36,006 nt of DNA from an uncultured Isosphaeraceae bacterium (GCA_964596455.1 CAZQUA010000001.1:1-36006), one strand, 5' to 3'. Positions 8,812-18,296 are shown, counted from the stretch's first letter. Translations and numbers: made by a program. Notes: generated by a model from the letters alone, not told the origin.

Positions 8812-10046
8812 CCGCGACGGCAGGCCGCCGCCATCCCCCGACTCCGCACGCCGCCGCGGGAGTCACGATGCCTTCGGCGCTGCCGCAGGGCTTCTCCGCC
8901 GCGGCCACCGCCGCGGGCATCCGCAGCGGCCCCGGGGACGACCTGCTGCTGATCGCCGCCGACGCGCCCGCCGCCGCCGCGGGCGTCTTCACGCGGAACC
9001 GCTTCGCGGCGGCGCCGATCACGCTGTCGCGGTCGCACCTCGAGGCGAGCGGCGGATGGGCGAGGGCCCTGCTGATCAATGCCGGCGCCGCCAACGCCGC
9101 GACCGGCGAGGCGGGGCGGGCCGACGCCCTCCGCAGCATGGCCGCGGTGGCGGCCGCAGTCGGATGCCCGCCCGAGGAGGTGCTCGCCAACTCGACCGGC
9201 GTCATCGGCCGCCGCCTGCCGATCGAGCGGATGGTTGCGGCGATCCCGACCCTTGCCGCGTCGCTCGCCCGCGACCGCGTCGAGGCCGCGGCTCGGGCGA
9301 TCATGACCACCGACACCGCCCCGAAGGCCGCGGAGCGGCGGATCGCGGCCGCCGACGGCGGCGAGATCTCGATCGTCGGCATCGCCAAGGGCGCCGGCAT
9401 GATCCACCCGGACATGGCGACGATGATCGCGGTGGTGCTCTGCGATGCCGCGCTCCCGCCGGCGGGGCTGCAGGCCTCGCTGCGGAACGCGGTCGAGCGA
9501 TCCTTCCATCGGATCAGCATCGACGGGGACACCTCGACCAACGACGCCGTGTTCGCGCTGGCGAGCGGCCGGCGGGGCGAGGCCGCCCGCGCCGCCGAAC
9601 TCGACGCGGCGATCGCGGATCTCTGCCTCGACCTCGCGAGGATGATCGCCGCCGACGGCGAGGGCGCCACCCGCCTGCTCGAGGTGGAGGTCCGCGGCGC
9701 CGCCACCCCGCAGGAGGCCCGCGAGTCGGCCCGCGTCATCGGCTCGAGCCTGCTCGTCCGCACCGCGGTGGCGGGAGGCGATCCCAACTGGGGACGGATC
9801 GTGGCGGCCCTGGGGCGAAGCGGGGCCGCGTTCGATCCCGACGCGGTGTCGATCTCCGCCAACGGTCTTCCTCTGTTCGCCGCAGGCGGACCGGCCGGCG
9901 GTGATCCCGCCGCGCTCGCGGCGGCCTTCTCCTCGCCGGTGGTGTCGCTCGCGGTGGACCTCGCCGCCGGCGGCCACGCCGACCGCTTCCTCACCTGCGA
10001 CCTGACCGGGGAGTACTGCCGGATCAACGGCGACTACACCTCGTGA
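8808..10046 (+). CDS. argJ: Bifunctional ornithine acetyltransferase / N-acetylglutamate synthase
   Basis: GFSAAATAAGIR…, NSTGVIG, TTDT, autoproteolytic site GAGMIHPDMATMIAV, and terminal CRINGDYTS. The ATG at 8808 overlaps the argH TGA. An alternative start MPSALPQGF lies at 8868. Confidence 0.95.
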   Translation: MTATAGRRHPPTPHAAAGVTMPSALPQGFSAAATAAGIRSGPGDDLLLIAADAPAAAAGVFTRNRFAAAPITLSRSHLEASGGWARALLINAGAANAATGEAGRADALRSMAAVAAAVGCPPEEVLANSTGVIGRRLPIERMVAAIPTLAASLARDRVEAAARAIMTTDTAPKAAERRIAAADGGEISIVGIAKGAGMIHPDMATMIAVVLCDAALPPAGLQASLRNAVERSFHRISIDGDTSTNDAVFALASGRRGEAARAAELDAAIADLCLDLARMIAADGEGATRLLEVEVRGAATPQEARESARVIGSSLLVRTAVAGGDPNWGRIVAALGRSGAAFDPDAVSISANGLPLFAAGGPAGGDPAALAAAFSSPVVSLAVDLAAGGHADRFLTCDLTGEYCRINGDYTS

Positions 10047-10061
10047 CCGCCGCCGTCCGAC

Positions 10062-11585
10062 TCACTCCGCCTCGAGCCACGCCGGATCGAAGCGGGTGCC
10101 TTCCGGCGCCGCGGGCGGCGGGCCCGCATCCTCCATCGAGGCGATCGGGACCGCGCAGGCATCCACGCTGAAGGCGCCCGCGGGACGGTGGTTCCCGCTG
10201 CGGCCGAGGCCGCCGAAGGGCAGGCGGCTGCTCGCCCCGGCGGTGCCGCAGTTGAGGTTCAGGCACCCCGCGCGGGTGCGGGCGAGGAACGCCTCGTGCT
10301 CGGCGGGGTCGCGGGTGAAGATCGACGCGGCGAGGCCGAACTCGGTCGCGTTGGCCTGCTCGATCGCGTCGTCGAGATCCTCCGCGACCGCCACCTGCAC
10401 GATCGGCGCGAAGACCTCGCCGTCGGTCTCGACCGTGAACCGCTCGACCTCGGCGACTCCCGGCGTCAGGAAGAAGCCCGGTCCGTCGAGCGGGCAGGCC
10501 GGCACCACGATGCGGGCGCCGCGGCCGCGGAGCTGCGACTGGAACTCGAGCGCTGCGAGGCGGGACGCCTCCGTCACGAGCGGCCCCATGAAGACCGGGG
10601 CCGGCGAGTCGAAGGGGCCGACGAGCACGCTCGCGGCGGCCTTGGCGAACGCGGGCAGGAACGATCCCGCCACGTCCCGGTGCACCACGATGCGGCGGGT
10701 GCAGGTGCAGCGCTGACCGGTCGTCGCGAAGGAGGCCCGCACGCACTCGACGACCGCGCGGCCGAGCTCCGCCGAGGGCATGACGATCGCCGGATTGCTG
10801 CCGCCCATCTCGAGGGCGATCAGGCGTCCCGGCCGGTCGAGGTTCGCCTCGAGGATCCGCCGTCCCACCGGCCAGCTGCCGGTGAAGAGGATCCCGTCGA
10901 GATCGGGATGGGCGACCAGCGCCGCGGCGATCCGCCCGTCGCCGTGCAACAGGTTCAGCACGCCCGCGGGAAGGCCCGCCTCCTCCCAGAGCCGGGCCAT
11001 GAACTGCCCCACCGCGGCGGCCTTCTCGCTCGGCTTGAAGACGACGGCGTTGCCGAGCAGCAGGGCCGGCACGATGTGCCCGTTGGGAAGATGCGCCGGG
11101 AAGTTGAAGGGGCCGAGCACCGCCATCACGCCGTGGGGGCGGAAGCGGCAGAGGCCGGTGCGTCCGGGGCCGGCCGGCACCGCGAAGCCCTCGACCCGCT
11201 GCCGCACCCGCTCCTCGAGGGTGATCTCGATCTTGTCGGCGACGAGCTTCGCCTCGAGGCGAGCCTCGGACAGGATCTTGCCCATCTCGAGGCCGATCAG
11301 GTTCGCAAGCTCCTCCTGCCGCCGCGACACCACCGCGGCGAACGCCCGCAGGTGCTCGATCCGCCGCTCCATCGGCAGCGCCGCCCACGCGGGCTGCGCC
11401 GCCCGCGCCGCCGCGACCGCGGCCCCGAGGTGGTCCTCCCGCGGCGAACCGCTCCAGACGAGTCGATCCGGCCGCGACGGGTCGAAGGTGCGGAGGCCGT
11501 CGCCGGGGATCGCCGCCCATCGGCCGCCGATCCAGTCCGCCGCGGGGCCCGCCACCGCCTCGGCGAGGGGAGCCGCCCCGCTCAC
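10062..11585 (-). CDS. astD: Succinylglutamate-semialdehyde dehydrogenase-like aldehyde dehydrogenase
   Basis: Aldehyde dehydrogenase core (FKPSEKAA…, LEMGGSNP, catalytic Cys context TTGQRCTCTRRIVV) resembles AstD. The GTG start at 11585 overlaps the astA-like stop (GTGA). Confidence 0.75.
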   Translation of the reverse strand: MSGAAPLAEAVAGPAADWIGGRWAAIPGDGLRTFDPSRPDRLVWSGSPREDHLGAAVAAARAAQPAWAALPMERRIEHLRAFAAVVSRRQEELANLIGLEMGKILSEARLEAKLVADKIEITLEERVRQRVEGFAVPAGPGRTGLCRFRPHGVMAVLGPFNFPAHLPNGHIVPALLLGNAVVFKPSEKAAAVGQFMARLWEEAGLPAGVLNLLHGDGRIAAALVAHPDLDGILFTGSWPVGRRILEANLDRPGRLIALEMGGSNPAIVMPSAELGRAVVECVRASFATTGQRCTCTRRIVVHRDVAGSFLPAFAKAAASVLVGPFDSPAPVFMGPLVTEASRLAALEFQSQLRGRGARIVVPACPLDGPGFFLTPGVAEVERFTVETDGEVFAPIVQVAVAEDLDDAIEQANATEFGLAASIFTRDPAEHEAFLARTRAGCLNLNCGTAGASSRLPFGGLGRSGNHRPAGAFSVDACAVPIASMEDAGPPPAAPEGTRFDPAWLEAE

Positions 11586-12661
11586 GCCGGCACCGCCCGC
11601 GCCTGCGGCGCGGCCCGGCGGGACTCGAGCAGCGTCGTCGGCGTGACGCCGATCGAGTCGCCCTCGGCGGCGCCGATCGCCTCCGCCTGCTCCGCGGACA
11701 GCCGCACCCGCTCGCCCTCGAGGGTGAAGCGTCCGCGGATCGCCCGGTAGCCGAGCTCGCCGAAGCAGCTCACGAAGCCGCTCTCCGCCGCGGGCGACTC
11801 GTCGATCGCGAGCGTCGCGGTGCGGGTCGCGGCGACGAGGGGAATGCGGTCCCGCTCCGCCCAGAGGTAGGGACCCCCGTCGAAGGGATCGACGTGGTCC
11901 TCGCTCGCGAAGCCCTGCGATTCGAGCATCCGCTTGGCGGGCCGGGTCTCCTCGCCCACCTTGCCGATCAGGTTGCGGGCCTCCGGCGGCAGCAGCGAGG
12001 CGTAGATCTCGCCGCGCGGGAAGAGGCTCGTGATGAACTCCTTCGAGTGCTGGCAGAAGAGATCCGCTTCCTTGTAGGAGAGGTTGATGAAGCGGCGGCC
12101 GAGGTACTCCCAGAGCAGGTTGTGGCTGTCGGGGGTCAGCGTGCCCATCATCTCCGCGATGACCTTCTCGGCGAAGAGCTCCCGGCGGATCCCGATGAAG
12201 TGCAGGCGGACCAGGCTCAGCAGCGTCCCGAGCCGCTCCGCGTGGCGGCGGTAGCCCGGCGCGAGGAAGAGGCCGCCGAGCTCGCTCGGGCCGCTCTCGT
12301 CGGTGCCGAACTCGAGGGTGAGGTGCACCTGCCCGGTCCCGAGGTCGCGGCTGAAGAGCGATCGCTTGCGGACGAGCAGGAAGGTGTGGGGATGCCCCGG
12401 CCAGGAGATGCAGCTGATCAGGCCGCTCGTTCCCACGACGTTCCCGGTCGAGGTGTCCTCGAGCACGAACATGAACTCCCGCTCCCGCGCCGCGAGCGGG
12501 TCGCCCGCGTCGTCGAACTCCCCGGCGAAGCTCTTGCGGCTGCGGGCGATCTTGCCGGAGAGGGCGTCGCGGTCCGCAGGCAGGTTGATGAAGTGCACCA
12601 TCCTCGCGAACTTCAGGAGGATCGGCAGATCGTCGGGCTGGGCGGGTCGGATGATGAACAT
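11582..12661 (-). CDS. astA: Arginine/ornithine N-succinyltransferase-like protein
   Basis: MFIIRPAQPDDLPILLKF…SGPSELGGLFLAPGYRR…LWEYLGRRFINLSYKEADL…DPFDGGP fits the AstA/AruF-AruG family pattern and length (~359 aa). Confidence 0.75.
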   Translation of the reverse strand: MFIIRPAQPDDLPILLKFARMVHFINLPADRDALSGKIARSRKSFAGEFDDAGDPLAAREREFMFVLEDTSTGNVVGTSGLISCISWPGHPHTFLLVRKRSLFSRDLGTGQVHLTLEFGTDESGPSELGGLFLAPGYRRHAERLGTLLSLVRLHFIGIRRELFAEKVIAEMMGTLTPDSHNLLWEYLGRRFINLSYKEADLFCQHSKEFITSLFPRGEIYASLLPPEARNLIGKVGEETRPAKRMLESQGFASEDHVDPFDGGPYLWAERDRIPLVAATRTATLAIDESPAAESGFVSCFGELGYRAIRGRFTLEGERVRLSAEQAEAIGAAEGDSIGVTPTTLLESRRAAPQARAVPA

Positions 12662-12680
12662 GGCGGGTTTCCCGAGGCGT

Positions 12681-14120
12681 CTACTCCGCGGCGACGCGGG
12701 CGAGGGATCGCTCGACGATCTCCGCGACCGGCCCGAACTGCGCCGGCTCCATCACCCCCACCGGCGGCAGGAAGCGGACGTGGTAGGGATCGTGGCCGCA
12801 GGAGAAGGCGATCACGCCCTCCTCGAAGAGCACCTGCACCAGGCGCATGATCCGCTCCTTCCTGCCGCCGAAGGGCGTGAACCGCATCATGCCGCCGGTG
12901 CCGGCGATCACCTCGTCGCTGCGGCGGCCGAAGGCCAGCTCGATCGGCGGGAACCAGTCGGGGTGGCGGTCCCGGATCCCTCCGATCGCCTCGCGGAAGG
13001 CGGCGTGCAGGCGGGCGATGCGTCCCTGCGGGCCGTAGTAGCCGCCGTCGCGAAGACGCTCGATCGCCCGCCGCCCCACCCGGAACGCCGCGGTCGCCGC
13101 GGAGAAGGTGCCCGAGAGCAGGCCCGGCCCGGGGTTCATGGCCTCGGTGTAGAGGCACGCGCACGCCTGGCTCATCTTGCCGAGCGTGACCACGTCGATC
13201 CACTCGCCGAGGCCGAGGCGTTCGAAGGCGAACAGGCTCTCGGTGCGGCCGAAGCTCTGCACCTCGTCGTCCCACACCGGGATGCCGTGGGCCCGCGCGA
13301 GCTCGAAGAGCGGCAGGAAGAACTCCCGCGGGGCGACGTTGAAGCCGCCCTCGCCCTGCACGAGCTCGGCCACGAGGCAGCTGTGCTGCTTCGGGTGGCG
13401 GAGGATGGCCTGCTCGAGGTGCCAGCGGGCGATCTCGATCGACCGCTCGCCGAGGGCGGGGTCGTAGAAGGGCAGGTAGTCGACGAGCGTGTTGAGGGGG
13501 ATCCCCTGCCGGTACGCCGCCGCATCGCCGATCTGGCTCATGGTCGTCGAGCGGCCCATGAAGCAGCCCGCGAAGGCGATCACCCGCGGCGCCCCGCCGG
13601 TCCGCTGCTGGCAGACCTTGAGGGCGGCCTCGTTGACCATGCAGCCGGAGTTGCTGACGAAGCAGTGGCGGAGCGGCGAGTGGCGAGCCGCCTCGTCGCG
13701 AAGCAGCTCCGCGAACTCGATCGAGTCGGCGTTGAACTGGAGGTTGCCCTGCATGAGCAGGTCCGACAGTCCCGCGCGGACGGCGATCCCGCAGAGCTCC
13801 GGATCGCCGTGCCCGAAGAGATGCACGCCGATGCCGCCGATCATGTCCCACTTCACGCTGCCGTCGAGCAGTTCCACGAGCGGGCCGTGGCCGAGGCCGC
13901 TGCCGACGTAGGGGAAGAAGCTCCCCCGCCCGCGGACCGAGGCGTTCCGCTCGAGCCACCGCGAGAAGGTCTCCCGCAGGCCCTCGCGAGGCGGCCGGGC
14001 CCCGGTCAGCTCCGCCTGGGCCCGCTGCAGCTCGTCGAGCATCGAGGCGACCGCGGCGTCGATGGCCTCGTTGCGGTCGAGTCGCGAGGCGATCGGGAGG
14101 TCGGCGGCGGTCGTGGTCAT
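12681..14120 (-). CDS. Class-III PLP-dependent aminotransferase (succinylornithine / acetylornithine / lysine-epsilon aminotransferase-like)
   Basis: SNSGCMVNEAALKV, LVQGEGGF, DDEVQSFGRTE, and a candidate PLP-lysine context TLGKMSQAC that resembles the LAT-type FGKK-TQ-VC more than the ArgD-type. In-frame ATG at 14120. The upstream 443 aa of track ORF 12681..15449 is R/G/P-rich and overlaps the M20 gene, so I trimmed it. Confidence 0.8.
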   Translation of the reverse strand: MTTTAADLPIASRLDRNEAIDAAVASMLDELQRAQAELTGARPPREGLRETFSRWLERNASVRGRGSFFPYVGSGLGHGPLVELLDGSVKWDMIGGIGVHLFGHGDPELCGIAVRAGLSDLLMQGNLQFNADSIEFAELLRDEAARHSPLRHCFVSNSGCMVNEAALKVCQQRTGGAPRVIAFAGCFMGRSTTMSQIGDAAAYRQGIPLNTLVDYLPFYDPALGERSIEIARWHLEQAILRHPKQHSCLVAELVQGEGGFNVAPREFFLPLFELARAHGIPVWDDEVQSFGRTESLFAFERLGLGEWIDVVTLGKMSQACACLYTEAMNPGPGLLSGTFSAATAAFRVGRRAIERLRDGGYYGPQGRIARLHAAFREAIGGIRDRHPDWFPPIELAFGRRSDEVIAGTGGMMRFTPFGGRKERIMRLVQVLFEEGVIAFSCGHDPYHVRFLPPVGVMEPAQFGPVAEIVERSLARVAAE

Positions 14121-14177
14121 GGCGGGGCTGCGGGAAGGGCCTGTCGAAGTCGCTCGGGAGCAAGGGAAGATCGACCA

Positions 14178-14196
14178 TTCACCCGCTGCGGGTGAA
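14178..14196 (-). promoter_or_regulatory. Perfect 8-bp-arm palindrome TTCACCCG-CTG-CGGGTGAA between the M20 hydrolase gene and the aminotransferase gene
   Basis: Read directly from the sequence. Located 58 nt upstream of the aminotransferase ATG and 122 nt downstream of the M20 stop. No U-tract follows it on the minus strand, so it could be either an operator or a processing/termination hairpin. Confidence 0.3.
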
Positions 14197-14317
14197 GCCT
14201 CGAAGGGCCATCGTAGATCCCTCACGGAGCGTCGCCGGCCGCGGGCCGGATGGCGGCGGGTCGGGGCGAGGGGGCCGCCGAAGCGAGGCGAACGCCCCGC
14301 GCCGGGGCCGGCGGCGG

Positions 14318-15574
14318 TCAGGCGGCGAGGTCGACCCGTCCCTCCGCGAGACGCTTCAGGAGGATCGCCGCGAGCGCCGCCCGCTCGACGAGGCTGTCGA
14401 GCTCGACGAACTCGTCCCCACGGTGCAGGTTGCCCCCGCGGACGCCGAGGGTGTCGATCACCGGCAGGCCCGCCGCCTGGAGGATGTTGCCGTCGCAGAC
14501 GCCGCCGGTGGCGGCCGGCTCGATGGCCGCGCCGAGGGCGTGCCCGATCGCGATCGCCTCCGCCGCGAGCGCCGCGACCGCGGGCGTCTGCGGCTTGGCG
14601 GGACGGCTCGCGAGCCAGTCGATCTCGACCTGCGGCAGCGAGCCCTCCGGCGTCGCGATCGATCCGATCGCCTCGGCCAGCCACCGCTCCGCATCGCCGT
14701 CGCGGAAGCGGGCGTTGCCCCAGGCCACGGCGGCATCGGGCACCACGTTGGTGGCGTGGCCGCCGGCGATCGGGCCGACGTTCACGATCCGTCCGTCCTG
14801 CGGCTCCGAGAGCGAGGCGAGGCGGACGAGCACCTCGCCGAGGCCGTAGACCGCCGAGATGCCCGAGGCGAAGTCCCTGCCGACGTGGGCGGCCCGCCCC
14901 GCCACCCGCACGCGGAACTGGGCCGAGCCCATGCGGGACACCGCCAGACGCCCCCCCGGCAGCGCCGGTTCGAAGACGAGGCCCGCGCGGTGGCCGGCGG
15001 CATGCTCCCGCAGCGAGCGGGCCGAGTGGAACGAGCCGCTCTCCTCGTCGGCGTTGAGCAGCATCGTCCAGCGAAGCGGGATCTCCGCGGCGTGCAGCAG
15101 CTCCAACGCGGTCACCGCGACGAGCAGGCCGCCCTTCATGTCGGCGCAGCCGGGGCCGACGGCACGATCGCCGCCGCTCGGCTCGAGGCGGCGGAAGTCG
15201 CCCGCGGGATCGTGGACGGTGTCGAGATGCCCGCTCAGGAGGAACGCCTCCGAGCCTTCGCCGCCGCGGGCGACGAGCGTCGCCGGAACCCCGCTGCCGG
15301 CAGCGGGGCCGTCGGGAAGCCAGGCCGGCCGCGGATCGCCCGCCTCGAGATGGAGGTCGGCTCCGAGGGCCTCGAGACGCATCGCGATCGCGTTCCGCTG
15401 CGCCTCGATGCCCGCGGGTTCGCCCCAGCCGGTGGGAATCGCCACCCACGCGGCGAGATCCCGACGCATCGCGGCGTCCCGCGCCTGCGCCGCCGCGAGC
15501 AGGCGTTGCTCGATCGCGTCGAGACGGCCGTCAGGGAGCGTCGGCACGCATCGTCTCCAGGCTTGGCGCCGCAT
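14318..15574 (-). CDS. M20A metallopeptidase, carboxypeptidase-G2-like N-acyl-amino-acid amidohydrolase
   Basis: SGHLDTVH, GPGCADMKGG and LLNADEESGSFHS closely parallel the CPG2 motifs as I recall them (HMDTV / GPGIADDKGG / NTDEEKGSFGS). Start is uncertain: ATG 15574, GTG 15547 or ATG 15469. The first two overlap the dapF stop. Confidence 0.75.
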   Translation of the reverse strand: MRRQAWRRCVPTLPDGRLDAIEQRLLAAAQARDAAMRRDLAAWVAIPTGWGEPAGIEAQRNAIAMRLEALGADLHLEAGDPRPAWLPDGPAAGSGVPATLVARGGEGSEAFLLSGHLDTVHDPAGDFRRLEPSGGDRAVGPGCADMKGGLLVAVTALELLHAAEIPLRWTMLLNADEESGSFHSARSLREHAAGHRAGLVFEPALPGGRLAVSRMGSAQFRVRVAGRAAHVGRDFASGISAVYGLGEVLVRLASLSEPQDGRIVNVGPIAGGHATNVVPDAAVAWGNARFRDGDAERWLAEAIGSIATPEGSLPQVEIDWLASRPAKPQTPAVAALAAEAIAIGHALGAAIEPAATGGVCDGNILQAAGLPVIDTLGVRGGNLHRGDEFVELDSLVERAALAAILLKRLAEGRVDLAA

Positions 15575-16562
15575 CGTCCAGCACGAGTTCCTCCGCGAGG
15601 CCGAGGCGTCGGAGGATCGGCCAGGGGTCGACCCGTCCCTCGAAGACCGCCACCGCCTCGCCCCGCATCCGGATGCCGCCGCGGTGCTGCGGCTGGGCGA
15701 TGTGCAGGCTGCCGCCGGGAAGATCGACCTGCGCCGCCTCGCCGACCCGCCCCCGCAGCCGCAACGCCGCGAAGACCGCGCAGGCGCCGCTGCCGCAGGC
15801 CATGGTGACGCCGCTGCCCCGCTCCCAGGTCCGCATGGCGATGCGGTCGACGGCGATCGCCTTGGCGAAGTGGACGTTGACGCCCTCGGGAAAGCAGGCC
15901 GCCCGCTCGAGGCGAGGCCCCACCCGCTCAAGCGGCACCGCCTCGGGCGAGCCGCACTCGACGACCAGATGGGGATTGCCCATCGACACGGCGCTGAATC
16001 GGGCGTCTTCGCCCACGATGGCCCCGAGGTCGAGTCCGCCGACCGCGGCCGCGAGCCGGGCGATCGGCTCGCCGAGGCATTCCGCCGCGGGATCGAGGCC
16101 GTCGAGCCGCACCGGCACCAGCGCCGCCGCGAGACGAGGCGGGCCCATGTCGACCTCGACCTCCACCTCGCCGCCCGCGGGATGCTCCGGCGACCGCAGC
16201 CGCGACGCCACCACCGCCCCGCCGCTCGCCACCCGCACGACCGGCCCTTCGACGAGTCCGGCCTCGATCGCGAACCGCACCAGCCCGCGGACCCCGTTGC
16301 CGCACATCTCCGCAGCGGAGCCGTCGGCGTTGAACATGGCCATCGAGAGATCGGCGACGCCGCCGGCGGGCGGAGGCCCCGCCACGATCAGGCCATCGCT
16401 GCCGATCCCGAAGTGCCGGTCGGAGAGGGCCCTCGCGAGCAGCGGCAGCGGCCAACCCTCGACCTCCTCGCGGCGGACGAAGATGTAGTCGTTGCCGAGG
16501 CCGTGCAGCTTGCGGAAGGGAATCGAAGCCGCCGCCGCGGCGACGCCTCGCGGCAGGGCCAT
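15531..16562 (-). CDS. dapF: Diaminopimelate epimerase
   Basis: FRKLHGLGNDYIFV, with both catalytic cysteine motifs EMCGNGVR and MACGSGACA. The ATG at 16562 overlaps the M48 stop (TGATG). An alternative ATG lies at 16589. Confidence 0.9.
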   Translation of the reverse strand: MALPRGVAAAAASIPFRKLHGLGNDYIFVRREEVEGWPLPLLARALSDRHFGIGSDGLIVAGPPPAGGVADLSMAMFNADGSAAEMCGNGVRGLVRFAIEAGLVEGPVVRVASGGAVVASRLRSPEHPAGGEVEVEVDMGPPRLAAALVPVRLDGLDPAAECLGEPIARLAAAVGGLDLGAIVGEDARFSAVSMGNPHLVVECGSPEAVPLERVGPRLERAACFPEGVNVHFAKAIAVDRIAMRTWERGSGVTMACGSGACAVFAALRLRGRVGEAAQVDLPGGSLHIAQPQHRGGIRMRGEAVAVFEGRVDPWPILRRLGLAEELVLDDAAPSLETMRADAP

Positions 16563-18196
16563 CACCGCTCGATCGGCGAGGGAAGGCATGCGGGGATGCT
16601 ACCCGCGGCGATCGCCACCGGCGGAGACGCGAGGGCGAGCGGCTCCGCGGGCTCCGATCGCCACCACGCCACCGCCTCCAGCGCCACCAGCAGCGCCAGC
16701 GTCGCGGCGCTGGCGGACTTGATCGCGCGGACCTGGCGGTCGATCGGCAGCGACAGCACCGGCTGCGACACCAGCGAGACGAGATGCCGCTGGCGGAAGG
16801 CGATCGAACCGTGCCGGAAGCTCGGCTGCCGCGGATCGAGGCCGTTGAGCTCGGCGACGCGGCCGAGGGCGCGGCACATCGCCAGCACCGCGGCAGGCTG
16901 GACTCTGGCCTCGCCCGGCGCCAGCGGCGTTCCGTCGAGGCCCACGCTGCGGCCCGACGGGCCGACGACGCTCAGGTACTGCACCGCGAAGGTGTCCGCC
17001 TGCCGCTCGAAGCGCCGCGAGACCCAGCCCGCCGCGAGGCCTGCCAGCAGCAGGCCCGCCAACGCGGCCAGGCCCTGGACGATCGGCGGCGGCGGCTCGC
17101 CGGCAGGCGGCAACGGGCCGAAGCCCTCGAGTTCGAGCCTTCGCGACTGCTCGGGCGAAAGCCAGTCCGGCTCGTCGCCGAGGCCGAACCACGACGCGAT
17201 CTGGCGATCGCCCCGCTCGAGTCCCGTCACCACCGGCGGTTCGGCGAGCCACGAGAGCACGCCGAACAGCGACAGGACCACCACCGCGAACCACGGGAGG
17301 TGGTGGCGGCGGAGGTGCCCCGCCTCATGGGCGACCACCGCCCGCAGCGGCTCGTCGTCGAGTCCGCGGAGCAGGCCGTCGGTCAGCATCAGGTACCGCA
17401 GCGGCGGCAGCAGGCCGAGCACCACGCCGTTCAGGACCATGCCGCCGGTCCGCCACACCCGCACGCCCCGCAGGCGCACGCCGTTGTCGCGGAGGACCTG
17501 CTCGACGCGGTCCCGCAGCGGCCCCTCCGGAAGCGGCGCGGTCACGAGCACCCGCACCACCAGCGGGGGCGACAGCACCGCCACCGCCGCGACCACCCCG
17601 GCGCCGACGATCGCCTGCCAGGCGCTCTCCGGATCGAGCCACCGCGAGGAGACCGCCGCGAACGCCTCGAACGCCCCCAACGCCAGCAGCAGCGGCACCG
17701 CCATGAGTCCGAACTCGTTGCGGAACTGCTCGCCGACGAAGCGGAGCCGCGAGGGCGGCACCTCCTTCTCGCCGCGGGCCGGGGCGAGGGCCTCCCGCAA
17801 CGCCATCTCCATCGGATGCCACGCCCACCAGCAGGCCGCGAAGCCGAGCAGCGCCGGAAGCATCGCCGCGACCTCGACCAGCAGCGGGAGATCGCCCATG
17901 CCGATCCGCAGCAGGTCGACCCATCCGAACGCGACGCTCGCCGCGGCGAGGCCCCACACGCACATCCACTGGAGCATCCGGATGCGCCAGCGGAGCACCG
18001 CGGGCGAGATCGGCCGCCCCTCGCGGAGCGCCCGCATCGAACGCCTCGCGAACCACCCCGCGAGCACCGCGGCCGCGAGCGGCGGCCCCCACGCCCAGAG
18101 CACCGCCTCCGGCAGCAGCGGCGCGGTCGGATCCGCGGCCTCCCACAGGCGGGGCATCGCGACCACGGCAAGCAGCACCAGCACGATCATCTGCAT
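16562..18196 (-). CDS. Polytopic membrane M48-family zinc metallopeptidase
   Basis: HExxH is seen as VVAHEAGHLRRHH, preceded and followed by multiple hydrophobic helices (MQMIVLVLLAVVAM…, LLVEVAAMLPALLGFAACWWAW…, GLLLAGLAAGWV). Confidence 0.75.
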   Translation of the reverse strand: MQMIVLVLLAVVAMPRLWEAADPTAPLLPEAVLWAWGPPLAAAVLAGWFARRSMRALREGRPISPAVLRWRIRMLQWMCVWGLAAASVAFGWVDLLRIGMGDLPLLVEVAAMLPALLGFAACWWAWHPMEMALREALAPARGEKEVPPSRLRFVGEQFRNEFGLMAVPLLLALGAFEAFAAVSSRWLDPESAWQAIVGAGVVAAVAVLSPPLVVRVLVTAPLPEGPLRDRVEQVLRDNGVRLRGVRVWRTGGMVLNGVVLGLLPPLRYLMLTDGLLRGLDDEPLRAVVAHEAGHLRRHHLPWFAVVVLSLFGVLSWLAEPPVVTGLERGDRQIASWFGLGDEPDWLSPEQSRRLELEGFGPLPPAGEPPPPIVQGLAALAGLLLAGLAAGWVSRRFERQADTFAVQYLSVVGPSGRSVGLDGTPLAPGEARVQPAAVLAMCRALGRVAELNGLDPRQPSFRHGSIAFRQRHLVSLVSQPVLSLPIDRQVRAIKSASAATLALLVALEAVAWWRSEPAEPLALASPPVAIAAGSIPACLPSPIER

Positions 18197-18296
18197 GGGG
18201 CGTCCGTCGAGACCCGTCTCCGCCGCGATCGCCTTCCCGCGTCGACGCCTCGACCGGCGGCCCCGCGGAGCGTGGTGGTCCGGCAGGCCGCCATCG

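Noticed and set aside
14121-15449. N-terminal 443-aa extension of the aminotransferase ORF (track 12681..15449)
   Set aside because: The extension is Arg/Gly/Pro-rich and overlaps the M20 hydrolase gene in another frame. The recognisable aminotransferase begins at the in-frame ATG at 14120.
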